Shown: piece by piece, positions 1-8,067 of the stretch | Numbering within the stretch: the first letter of the stretch is position 1 | Layout of the letters: each line of letters begins with the position of its first letter | Source: a virus | Reading direction: 5' to 3' (one strand) | IMG/VR virus record: IMGVR_UViG_3300032297_000199 | Span: 18,345-82,344 of that record | DNA: 64,000 bases | Translations under genes and position numbers: made by a program | Notes under the pieces: generated by a model | Seen by the model: only the letters and a program-made list of their open reading frames with translations | The model's database searches: none | Told to the model about the DNA's origin: nothing

Positions 1-2
1 GA

Positions 3-446
3 TCGCAAGTAAGGGCAGTTGCACTTGATTCACTCAGTACAGGGTCGTTCATTGAGGGATATTTGATTCCGACCGGAACTAACTGGACAATTATTCCTAA
101 TAATGTATTCCCTGCAAATAGTCCTACCCTAAATTACAGTAATTGGCATTTTACTATTGGTGGAACATTTACTACCTCAACAGTATTTCCTATTAGAAGT
201 TTTAGCACATCAATGTCTACAAGTACATCAACTGGTGCTATCCAATTAACTGGCGGTATTGGTATGGGTGGTAGTTTGTTTGTCGGACAATGGGTTGTTC
301 CTCAGAATGTTAGTTCTGCAACCATTAAAAACTATATTGGTACTCCAACAGGTGCCACGGTATTCTTAACAGGTGCCGGATATAACAAACCTGCATATTG
401 GGATGGTACTAAATGGTACACTATGAACGGTAACGCTCTATATTAA
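3..446 (+). CDS. C-terminal part of a fibre/virion structural protein (5' partial)
   Basis: Frame is open from nt 3, so the gene starts before the window. Contains the STSTSTGAIQLTGGIGMGG motif shared with the giant fibre genes at 43.5-57.6 kb and ends in YWDGTKW. Confidence 0.7.
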   Translation, partial: SQVRAVALDSLSTGSFIEGYLIPTGTNWTIIPNNVFPANSPTLNYSNWHFTIGGTFTTSTVFPIRSFSTSMSTSTSTGAIQLTGGIGMGGSLFVGQWVVPQNVSSATIKNYIGTPTGATVFLTGAGYNKPAYWDGTKWYTMNGNALY

Positions 447-459
447 CGCCTAGGTTGCA

Positions 460-500
460 TTGTGTACCGTAAATATGTTAAACTATTTTACGGTACACAA
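460..500 (+). promoter_or_regulatory. 14-bp inverted repeat overlapping a TAAATA late-promoter motif
   Basis: TTGTGTACCGTAAA (460-473) pairs with TTTACGGTACACAA (487-500). TAAATA at 470-475; ATG at 503. Confidence 0.65.
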
Positions 501-502
501 AT

Positions 503-1180
503 ATGGCAACAATCACAAAAGAAAAATATCAAGAACACGAGTTAATTCCAAACATTGAATATTGTTTAGAACAAGCTCTTTTAGACAATTCTGAAATTCC
601 AGAATACAGTCTACAGATTCCTGGAATGAGCGGAATCAAGTATAGACACTTTATTAATAATCTACTTCGCAGTTTAGAAAATCCAAAGTACTTAGAAATT
701 GGTACATGGAAAGGATCTACTCTATGTGCTGCCATTGGCGGAATCGAAGGCGTAACAGCCTTAGCAGTTGATAACTACGGTTATGGTGGCGCAACAGAAG
801 ATGAAGTAAATGATAATGTTAATCAAGTAAAAAGCAACTCATCAAACATTACAATCTTAAATCAAGACTTTGTAGATTTTGATTTTGCAGCTCACGGTAA
901 ATTCGATGTATATCTTTATGACGGAGGTCATACACAAGAAGAACATTATGATGCTATTGTTAGAGCAGTCCCTGCATTAGAAGATATTTCCATTATTATT
1001 ATTGATGATTGGAATAATCACGATAACACTGTGTCGCATATTAAAACAGGAACTTACGACGGTTTTAAAGATGCAGGCTTAGAAATTCTTTATAAGTTTG
1101 AAGTTGAGACCGGAGTTAACCCTCCATTCCCAAGCGAGTGGCACAACGGCTACGGCGTATTTTTAGTTAAGAAATCATAA
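503..1180 (+). CDS. Class I SAM-dependent methyltransferase (Methyltransf_24-like)
   Basis: YLEIGTWKGST motif I, FDVYLYDGGH and IIIDDW motifs. Confidence 0.85.
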   Translation: MATITKEKYQEHELIPNIEYCLEQALLDNSEIPEYSLQIPGMSGIKYRHFINNLLRSLENPKYLEIGTWKGSTLCAAIGGIEGVTALAVDNYGYGGATEDEVNDNVNQVKSNSSNITILNQDFVDFDFAAHGKFDVYLYDGGHTQEEHYDAIVRAVPALEDISIIIIDDWNNHDNTVSHIKTGTYDGFKDAGLEILYKFEVETGVNPPFPSEWHNGYGVFLVKKS

Positions 1181-1950
1181 TGACAACTTTTTCACATTCA
1201 GGCACCTATGGTGATCTAATTTACTCATTGAGTATTACAAAACATCTCGGAGGTGGGGATTTTTATCTTCGTCTAAACAACATGGACGAAATGGCTCGAC
1301 GCACTTTTGGTCCACAAGCAACAGCTGGAGATCATGCTGGCGAGATGACAGAAGCTCAATTCCACGGACTAACAGAATTTATGAAAAGCCAACCGTACAT
1401 TAACAGTTGGAACATTTATAATGGTGAACACATTGACTATGCGCTAGAAGATAGCGGCAAAGAAATTGTTAAGCAACAAGGAAATTATACATTTGCTTAT
1501 GCTCGGTCTGTCGGAGTCGATCCGGCTCAGTACTACAAGGAATTTATGTTAGAACCTTGGCTAACTGTAAAGAATCCTATTAAGGTACCCGGAAAACCTA
1601 TTGTAGTTAATCGAGTCAATAGACACTTGTACGGGTGCGATCCTACTGCTAAGAACTGGCAAAATTTCTTTAATCGTGGGCTTGCAGAGTACGGAGTGTA
1701 TGTAGGTAAACCTGAAGAACACGCATGGTTTGAAGACTTCTTTAAAGTTAAGATTCAACATTACAGAACATATGACATTTTAGAATGTGCTCGTGTTATT
1801 GCAGGTGCTGAACAATTTGTCGGAAGTCAAAGTATGTGTCTAAGTCTAGCAATTGGTCTAGGTAAAACATATTTTTGTGAGTGCCGAAAAGACTTGCCCT
1901 TACAAAACAATGAATGTTATTTTGTGAGGCCAAATGGACACTACATGTAA
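1180..1950 (+). CDS. Putative GT9 (heptosyltransferase)-like glycosyltransferase, paralog 1
   Basis: N-terminal SGTYGDLIYSL and C-terminal FVGSQSMCLSLAIGLGK resemble the GT9 (I)GD and GNDSGxxHxAxALG motifs. TAATG coupling to the upstream gene. Confidence 0.55.
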   Translation: MTTFSHSGTYGDLIYSLSITKHLGGGDFYLRLNNMDEMARRTFGPQATAGDHAGEMTEAQFHGLTEFMKSQPYINSWNIYNGEHIDYALEDSGKEIVKQQGNYTFAYARSVGVDPAQYYKEFMLEPWLTVKNPIKVPGKPIVVNRVNRHLYGCDPTAKNWQNFFNRGLAEYGVYVGKPEEHAWFEDFFKVKIQHYRTYDILECARVIAGAEQFVGSQSMCLSLAIGLGKTYFCECRKDLPLQNNECYFVRPNGHYM

Positions 1951-2728
1951 ATCTTTTAGCCATAGCGGTACGCTTGGCGATGTATTAACTAGTCTGTGTA
2001 TTGTAAAGATCCTCGGTGGCGGGGATTTTTACTTGAAGCTAAACAATATGGACAAAATGATTCAAGAAAAGTTAGGCTGGCCTAATGCTGGTGTTCATAG
2101 CGGTCGTATGACTCAGAAAGACTTTGATATGTTAGAGCCTCTAATGAAAAGTCAAAGTTTCATCAAGAGCTTCCAAGTATGGAACGGCGAACAAGTTACA
2201 AACGAGTTTGAAGAAGTATGTAGACATCACCAAGCAAGCGGTTGGTGGCCTAGGAATTTTAGTAATCAATATGCATCTAGTCAAGACATAAATCCAGAAG
2301 AAAATTTTGAACAGCTACAGCAACAACCTTGGTTAGAGTGCAAAGATCCTATTAAGATTCCAGGTAGGCCAGTTGTTATTAGTCGTAATGAAAAATATCT
2401 AGACGGTGCTCCAGTGTATAATCCAATCTGGAAAGAGTGGATTGATTACGGATTAGCTGATAGATGTGTATTTGTTGGACATCCTAGCGAACACGCATGG
2501 TTTGAAGATCTATACAAATGTGAAGTTGATTATTATCCCACTGAAGATATGTTACACCTAAGTCGAGTGTTAGCAGGATGTGAATTGTTTATAGGCAATC
2601 AAAGCATGCCGGGAACAATGGCTTCGATTGCCTTAGGTAAGACAAGTAGGATTGAGTTAAGGAAGAATGAAACCCAAACTAATAATGAGTTCTTCTATCC
2701 TTATCGTCTTAATGTTAGCTATTTTTAA
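1934..2728 (+). CDS. Putative GT9-like glycosyltransferase, paralog 2
   Basis: Clear paralog of 1180-1950: FSHSGTxGD, LGGGDFYLxLNNMD, PWL..K.PIKxPGxP, EHAWFED, FIGNQSM. Confidence 0.55.
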   Translation: MDTTCKSFSHSGTLGDVLTSLCIVKILGGGDFYLKLNNMDKMIQEKLGWPNAGVHSGRMTQKDFDMLEPLMKSQSFIKSFQVWNGEQVTNEFEEVCRHHQASGWWPRNFSNQYASSQDINPEENFEQLQQQPWLECKDPIKIPGRPVVISRNEKYLDGAPVYNPIWKEWIDYGLADRCVFVGHPSEHAWFEDLYKCEVDYYPTEDMLHLSRVLAGCELFIGNQSMPGTMASIALGKTSRIELRKNETQTNNEFFYPYRLNVSYF

Positions 2729-3227
2729 GTGACTCTAAAATAGCAATTACTTCGTCGAGAGCAGGTTGAGGATTTTTATATACAACACGAATAGAATGAC
2801 CGCCTGCGTCTTTCCATTGCTGACAATTATCTAATCTATCGTCTACTAATATATCGCCTGCTGTACAGTGACTTTGTTTATCAGTGCTATATGGTCCAAA
2901 CATTACAGGAATATCTGGATATCTATTTTGCACCCATAGCATCTTGTCATAGAATGCCCATGGAAAGTCATTTCCCTTAGGAATCGCAGTTAAAAACTTT
3001 AGTTGCCATCCATGATTATCTCTAAATTTTCTTGCATTGCCTACTAGTGAATCTGCCCAAGGTGTTTTCGGTAAGTCTTTAAACCAGCGTTTATTTTCTC
3101 GAATTTTAACCCAGTCGTCAAATGCCCAACGATGTGAATCTGGATCCTTCTCGAAACCAATAAACTCTTTTGCGGCCTGGTCGAAGTCTGCGACTACGCC
3201 ATCCATATCTAAATAAAATGTTTTCAT
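2715..3227 (-). CDS. HAD-superfamily 5'(3')-deoxyribonucleotidase (NT5C-like)
   Basis: YLDMDGVVADF motif I, FLTA motif II, ILVDDRLDN motif IV. Start moved to the ATG at 3227, which has TATAAT 6 nt upstream. Confidence 0.88.
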   Translation of the reverse strand: MKTFYLDMDGVVADFDQAAKEFIGFEKDPDSHRWAFDDWVKIRENKRWFKDLPKTPWADSLVGNARKFRDNHGWQLKFLTAIPKGNDFPWAFYDKMLWVQNRYPDIPVMFGPYSTDKQSHCTAGDILVDDRLDNCQQWKDAGGHSIRVVYKNPQPALDEVIAILESLKNS

Positions 3228-3251
3228 AATGATATTATACATTCTTTTTTG

Positions 3252-3282
3252 AAAAAGAAAAAGTGGGACTATGCCCACTTTT
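3252..3282 (-). terminator. Intrinsic terminator
   Basis: AAAAGTGGG-N6-CCCACTTTT hairpin followed by a T-rich tract on the minus strand; overlaps the stop at 3269. Confidence 0.7.
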
Positions 3283-3457
3283 CTCTGTACTTTGCTAATG
3301 CAAGCTGCCTTGCAAGAAACAATCTCCAACGAATATGTTCTGGTAATTCTTCATCGTCATTGACAATTTTGATATCCCGAACTAATTCTGGACGGCGATA
3401 AGCAACATGCAGATCTAATTCACCTGCAATATCGTCATCGCTGTCATCGAGATCACT
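3269..3457 (-). CDS. Small protein with DUF3619-like (anti-sigma-like) helix; start uncertain
   Basis: Protein-like segment SDLDDSDDD...DDEELPEHIRWRLFLARQLALAKYREKWA in the +1 frame relative to the upstream gene. No ATG nearby; candidates are ATG 3610, GTG 3523 or a CTG after AGGTGA. Confidence 0.5.
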   Translation of the reverse strand, partial: SDLDDSDDDIAGELDLHVAYRRPELVRDIKIVNDDEELPEHIRWRLFLARQLALAKYREKWA

Positions 3458-3698
3458 TCTTAGCTGGAGTTGGCTCAGCAGCCTTTTTGTCGTCCTTTTT
3501 AGCAGGAGCGGCTTTTGCGTCACTGCTTTTAGTGTCGGCTTTTGCAGCCGGTGCGCTGGGTGCAGGAGTACTAGCGGCAGGTGCTGGTGCTGTAACAGCA
3601 GGTTTGGCATCGGCCTTCTTTTCTTCTTTCTTAGCAGGTTCTGCGGCGAAAGCTGTAGCGGCAAACATAGTTGCGATTAAAGTTGCAATCAATTTCAT
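3453..3698 (-). CDS. Small secreted Ala/Lys/Pro-rich low-complexity protein
   Basis: Sec signal peptide MKLIATLIATMFAATAFA, AAGGA RBS, repeated PAKK/KKA motifs. Confidence 0.85.
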   Translation of the reverse strand: MKLIATLIATMFAATAFAAEPAKKEEKKADAKPAVTAPAPAASTPAPSAPAAKADTKSSDAKAAPAKKDDKKAAEPTPAKK

Positions 3699-3749
3699 GA
3701 TAAAGTTTCCTTTTGGTTAATGTAAGAAGAATTATTCCCCTACATATAT

Positions 3750-3778
3750 ATAACGCGATAGCCCGGAAACTAGTTGAC
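3750..3778 (-). promoter_or_regulatory. Putative ECF-sigma-type promoter
   Basis: GTCAAC (3778-3773)-N17-CGTTAT (3755-3750) matches the generic ECF AAC...CGT architecture. Confidence 0.5.
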
Positions 3779-4465
3779 TTAGATACTTAATTTTTTATCA
3801 AAAAGATCGCCAATTGTGTCCATTAAATCTCCGAGCTTGCCGGAGTTTCTAAGACTCTTATATGTCAAATTTTGAATACTAAATTCCCCACCGGATGCTA
3901 GTCCTACTTTACGATAGTCGGCTAACATTTCTCTTACTTTTCTACAAACTTCTAAGTTACGGCTTTTAATAGCGTGATTGATAACTTCATCCCACTTTTT
4001 AACTTCTGCTTGTACAGCACTTTTATTATAACCAGTATTATCGGATTTTGGAGGCTTTGTCCATTTTCTACTTAGGATAGAGTATGCAGAACTAACAGCG
4101 GGTTCTGCTAAATCTTCTACATAGAGTTCAACTGGTATTCCGTGTACTTTAATGTCTCGCTGTTCTTTCCAATACTTTCTTTTAGTATCGAACAATTCGC
4201 TTACAGTCATTTCACATTCGACTTCACTGTAATCTACAATTAGATGTAGATCTAAATCAGAATATGGAGAATAGTTATAGTTTGCCTGACTTCCAGAAAT
4301 TATTAAGTCTTTAACATCAACAGGAACTTCTAAAAAATCGTAAAACTCCCTGGCAATATTCAATAATGCAACTGTAACATCAGGCCGTAGATCTTTGCCA
4401 GCCCACAGTTTAGGATTAAGATCTTGGTGTATTTCTACAGGAGGAACGAATTCAAAAATATTCAT
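3779..4465 (-). CDS. Pol-beta-superfamily nucleotidyltransferase
   Basis: IISGSQANYNYSPYSDLDLHL (GS...DxD) with a third carboxylate in PVELYV and a helical C-terminal lobe. Confidence 0.8.
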   Translation of the reverse strand: MNIFEFVPPVEIHQDLNPKLWAGKDLRPDVTVALLNIAREFYDFLEVPVDVKDLIISGSQANYNYSPYSDLDLHLIVDYSEVECEMTVSELFDTKRKYWKEQRDIKVHGIPVELYVEDLAEPAVSSAYSILSRKWTKPPKSDNTGYNKSAVQAEVKKWDEVINHAIKSRNLEVCRKVREMLADYRKVGLASGGEFSIQNLTYKSLRNSGKLGDLMDTIGDLFDKKLSI

Positions 4466-4473
4466 ATCTATAT

Positions 4474-5004
4474 TTATTTTAACAAGTGATCAGGTGTCTG
4501 AGTAAAATAGCATGTCATACTAATACGAATATCTTTGTTAGCAGTAAACACACAATGTGGCAACTCTGTGCGCCACACTACCGGTTGTTTAAGTTCAAAT
4601 TGATCTATCTCTTCATACCTTGTATACATTAAATCCCAATATACAACCTTACCGCTTTTTCTAAGAATAGGTTTTCCTTTTGTAAATTCGTAAAGTTTAG
4701 TAACTGATCCTATACAATTAAGTATTGGCCATTGTATCCTAGCAGTAGGTGCTAGATAGTCTAAATGCACCGTTGAAGTATCCGTGTCTTTTAATATAAT
4801 AAAGGCAAACTGAGTAGGGACTAGTTCCAGCGATGCAAAGTAATCTTTTAGTTCAGGAACATAAGTTAATACTTTATTAGCGTCAAATTCGTGATTCCAA
4901 AATTCACACTTCTCTAAAAAAGTAGTCTCGTTTTTAATATAAGAATATAACTTTTCTGTTATTAGTTCCCAATTATTACATTCTAAATACCTGAAATTTG
5001 TCAT
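4474..5004 (-). CDS. Hypothetical protein, possible cupin/2OG-Fe(II) oxygenase fold
   Basis: HLD...PHCV...RI pattern consistent with an HxD...H triad. Confidence 0.5.
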   Translation of the reverse strand: MTNFRYLECNNWELITEKLYSYIKNETTFLEKCEFWNHEFDANKVLTYVPELKDYFASLELVPTQFAFIILKDTDTSTVHLDYLAPTARIQWPILNCIGSVTKLYEFTKGKPILRKSGKVVYWDLMYTRYEEIDQFELKQPVVWRTELPHCVFTANKDIRISMTCYFTQTPDHLLK

Positions 5005-5032
5005 ACCAAATATTTACTGGTAAATATCCCGT
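5005..5032. promoter_or_regulatory. Back-to-back TAAATA late-type promoters
   Basis: TATTTAC-TG-GTAAATA; each TAAATA is exactly 6 nt from the ATG of a divergent gene (5004 minus, 5033 plus). Confidence 0.75.
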
Positions 5033-5593
5033 ATGATAGGTTCTTTGAATTTAACAGGCCATATTTTAGCATCTCAGCCCAAGGGTCCTGACTCGTTATT
5101 TACGAGGGGTATTATAGTTGTAGCCAAGCACAATGACGAAGGTGCTTGGGGTCTCATGGTCAACAAACCGACCACAAGGATTTCTCTTAGCCAAGTAATG
5201 GCCTCTACTGGAATCGCATATTCTGGACAAGAATCAATATATGTCGGTGGCCCTGTTGACACGCATCGAGTGCATGTTATTCATTCTTTAGATTGGCAAA
5301 GTGCTGGGACAGTGCCAGTTACTTCTGAGATAGGAATTACCAGTGAAATGTCTGTAATGTTAGCAATTGCTGGCGGAGAAGGACCTAATTTGTTTAGGAC
5401 TTGTCTAGGAGTTACTGGTTGGGCAGCCGGTCAACTAGACGGAGAGTATAAAGGATTACCTCCGTGGAAGCCGGAACAACGATGGCTCGATGCTCCGGCT
5501 ACAATTGATGCTGTGTTTAATCTAAACAATGACGAACAATGGGAAAAGTGTATCGACATTGTAGCATCTAGTAAAGTATCAGCTTGGTTTTAA
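5033..5593 (+). CDS. yqgE: YqgE/AlgH (UPF0301) family protein
   Basis: H..EGAWGLMVNKP, YVGGPV and LG..GWAAGQL..E motifs. Confidence 0.88.
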   Translation: MIGSLNLTGHILASQPKGPDSLFTRGIIVVAKHNDEGAWGLMVNKPTTRISLSQVMASTGIAYSGQESIYVGGPVDTHRVHVIHSLDWQSAGTVPVTSEIGITSEMSVMLAIAGGEGPNLFRTCLGVTGWAAGQLDGEYKGLPPWKPEQRWLDAPATIDAVFNLNNDEQWEKCIDIVASSKVSAWF

Positions 5594-7050
5594 TCCTTTT
5601 CTGAATTAATACTTTTTAATAAATCTCTAATTTTTGAAGTATTAACAGTTCCTCGAACTTTTCCAATTCCTGTTCCCTGCGATGGATCGTCATCTCTTCC
5701 AGCATTAGGTGCTGGATTAAACGGATCAAATCCTTCTTTGGGTTGCGCTCTTTCAACTGTACTTGTTTTTTTCAACCCATCTAATATCATTGCACCGGGC
5801 TTACTTGCTTGTGTTGGACCTTCTTCTTCATCTAAATCTTTAATACGAAGACTTTCAACATCAAATTCTAAGTCAACTTTTTGTCCAACGCCACTACTAG
5901 AACGAGTTTTCATAAACTGGATTTGATACCGTCCTCGTTCACGCATTGCTCTACTGGTAAAAATACCAATAACATTATCAGCAGTTTGAATCTTTGATAA
6001 ACCGCCCGAGATATGGCTGTGATCGAATTCAATTTCTTCAACAGCACTACGATTTAACTGTGCGGCAGTTACTACAACAGCTTGAGTTTCCATAGCAAAG
6101 TTACGAAGCTCTTCTGAAACATATTTGTCTTTAACAAACAAGTCACTTGGGCTAACTTTAACAGAAAGCGGCATCATTAGGTCTAAGTAGTCCACTAAAA
6201 TAACATCAGGTTTTTTGCCTGTTTTTACTTGATATTCTTTAAGATATGCTCTTAAATCATTACAATTCTTCCCGGACGGCATGTATTTTATCTGCATTCC
6301 GCCTGCTCTCTTGCCAGTGAGCTTAACCTTCATTTCAACATCATCTAAACTTTTAAAAATGTCTTTAGATGCCACACCTGTGATCATACTGTCCACACGC
6401 ATACTAACCAATTCTTCACTAAGTTCGAATGTAAAATAAATTACATTCAAGCCTGCAAGCGCAAAGTTAACTCCTAAATTTGCCAAGAACAAACTCTTAC
6501 CACCGCCTGATCCTGCACACCAAATATTCAACTCGCCTCGTTTGAATCCGCCATATAGCTTACGATCAATGCTAGGATATCCTGTACTAATCTGTCCGTT
6601 GTTATCTTTTAATTTTAATAATCGAGCTCTAGGATCTTCAAAGTAGTCTGTACCCATATCACGACTAAGACTAATCTGAATAGCATCTTTAATTAATTTT
6701 TCTACAGGTCCGTATTCTGCTTTTTCTAATAGATCTGCAGATTTAAGAATAGCCCGTTCTAATCCTTTATGCCTACTAAAGCTCTCAAACTCATTCATTA
6801 ACCAATCGTAGTTTTCTTTAGGAACTTCAATTGCTGATTTAAAGTCTGTGTTACACGAAGAATTCACAATACTAAGTTCTGGCATGACCTTGTACTTGTC
6901 CACATACTCTGTGATAAACTTTGCAGATTCTTGTAAGCCCTTATCAAAGTTTTCTGGATCAAAAATATTTTGACAGCGGACAAATGTTTCTGCGTCTGCA
7001 AGAAACATCTCAAGGTAAAGTTTTTGTATTTCTTTATTATAGTTGGACAT
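5590..7050 (-). CDS. DnaB-like replicative helicase (T4 gp41-like)
   Basis: Walker A AGSGGGKS, FTFELSE, VILVDYLD Walker B, AQLNR, MKTR. Confidence 0.93.
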   Translation of the reverse strand: MSNYNKEIQKLYLEMFLADAETFVRCQNIFDPENFDKGLQESAKFITEYVDKYKVMPELSIVNSSCNTDFKSAIEVPKENYDWLMNEFESFSRHKGLERAILKSADLLEKAEYGPVEKLIKDAIQISLSRDMGTDYFEDPRARLLKLKDNNGQISTGYPSIDRKLYGGFKRGELNIWCAGSGGGKSLFLANLGVNFALAGLNVIYFTFELSEELVSMRVDSMITGVASKDIFKSLDDVEMKVKLTGKRAGGMQIKYMPSGKNCNDLRAYLKEYQVKTGKKPDVILVDYLDLMMPLSVKVSPSDLFVKDKYVSEELRNFAMETQAVVVTAAQLNRSAVEEIEFDHSHISGGLSKIQTADNVIGIFTSRAMRERGRYQIQFMKTRSSSGVGQKVDLEFDVESLRIKDLDEEEGPTQASKPGAMILDGLKKTSTVERAQPKEGFDPFNPAPNAGRDDDPSQGTGIGKVRGTVNTSKIRDLLKSINSEKD

Positions 7051-8032
7051 TCTCTAATTTCTTCTTTAATAGTTGTTGTTTAATTTCGCTCTTTTCTCGA
7101 TAGTGAAGTATCGAGAACAATGTGTAGAATTTTCCGTATTTCTTTACAGCGTCTGCTACATCTTTAATGTCTTCACTCCAGTCAGGCAAGCTAACTGTCC
7201 ACCCATGTTCTAACGCTACAGCAATCATTTTAGCACCTGGTTTGTCTCTATCCGGTACAACAATTACTTCTTTACCTAGCGCATTGATTCTAGCACATTG
7301 AGTTTCGTTCGGTTCGTTGTGCATTACTGCAACACCATCAATTGCAATGGCATCGAATTGACCTTCTACGACAATTACATATTGTTTATCACTAGTTTGT
7401 TTGTCTATGTTAAAAACATATCCAGGTTGTGTGTGCGTAAGGTACTTAGGTTTCCCGTCTACAATTTTTCGTCCAGTCCAGCCTACAATTCTACCATCTT
7501 GATAGAAAGGAATAATGACTCTATCTTTATACCCGTTTGCAGAACTCCAATGCCAATTATAATCTTCTAATGTCAGTTTTCGTTTATTAATTATATAGTC
7601 TATGACTGCTACGAATTCCTGATCTTCTAGACCGGCATTGATCCATTCTGCAACGGGTAAACAATCCTCAGGAAGTGGCCTATCCTCGAGTACAAAGCTA
7701 AGTTCTTTACTGGGCTTTGGTTGATCTTCTTTTTCTTTTAGGGCGTGGAGGCTAAGTTTTTGTATGTCTGTTTCTGGCATACCAAACCACTTGAACAATG
7801 ATTTAGTATTATTTGAAAACAACTTACCAGGAGTCCAACCTGCTTTGAAATTACAATTAAAACAATGATATTGAAATCCCTCGCCGCTCATTAATATGCC
7901 GCCGCGAAGTCGTGTATCTTGTTTCTCTCCTTTGTGTACACAGCAGGGAGCATTGAAACTAATCCAGCCACTAGGTGTCTGTTTTCGTTTAGGTGGTAAT
8001 ACTGCTTGAACTGCTGCCTGTATGAGATTCAT
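7037..8032 (-). CDS. DNA primase (T4 gp61-like)
   Basis: Zn-binding CCVH...CFNC, RVIIPF..G..VGWTGR, KYL, TOPRIM VEGQFDA and DRD. Confidence 0.9.
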   Translation of the reverse strand: MNLIQAAVQAVLPPKRKQTPSGWISFNAPCCVHKGEKQDTRLRGGILMSGEGFQYHCFNCNFKAGWTPGKLFSNNTKSLFKWFGMPETDIQKLSLHALKEKEDQPKPSKELSFVLEDRPLPEDCLPVAEWINAGLEDQEFVAVIDYIINKRKLTLEDYNWHWSSANGYKDRVIIPFYQDGRIVGWTGRKIVDGKPKYLTHTQPGYVFNIDKQTSDKQYVIVVEGQFDAIAIDGVAVMHNEPNETQCARINALGKEVIVVPDRDKPGAKMIAVALEHGWTVSLPDWSEDIKDVADAVKKYGKFYTLFSILHYREKSEIKQQLLKKKLENVQL

Positions 8033-8038
8033 ACAGTT

Positions 8039-8067
8039 ATTTTAGCTTCTATATTGAACCTTGTCAA
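8039..8067 (-). promoter_or_regulatory. Sigma70-type promoter, leaderless to primase
   Basis: TTGACA-N17-TAAAAT-N6-ATG, embedded in the 3' end of the upstream gene. Confidence 0.8.

Noticed and set aside
3228-3329. N-terminal extensions in the ORF track (also 9217, 11294, 30191, 31953, 31994, 34811)
   Set aside because: They run through terminators, promoters or neighbouring genes; downstream ATGs fit motifs and coupling better.
3487-3720. Hydrophobic 77-aa plus-strand ORF that looks like a membrane peptide
   Set aside because: Mirror of the Ala/Lys-rich secreted gene, which has the RBS and signal peptide.
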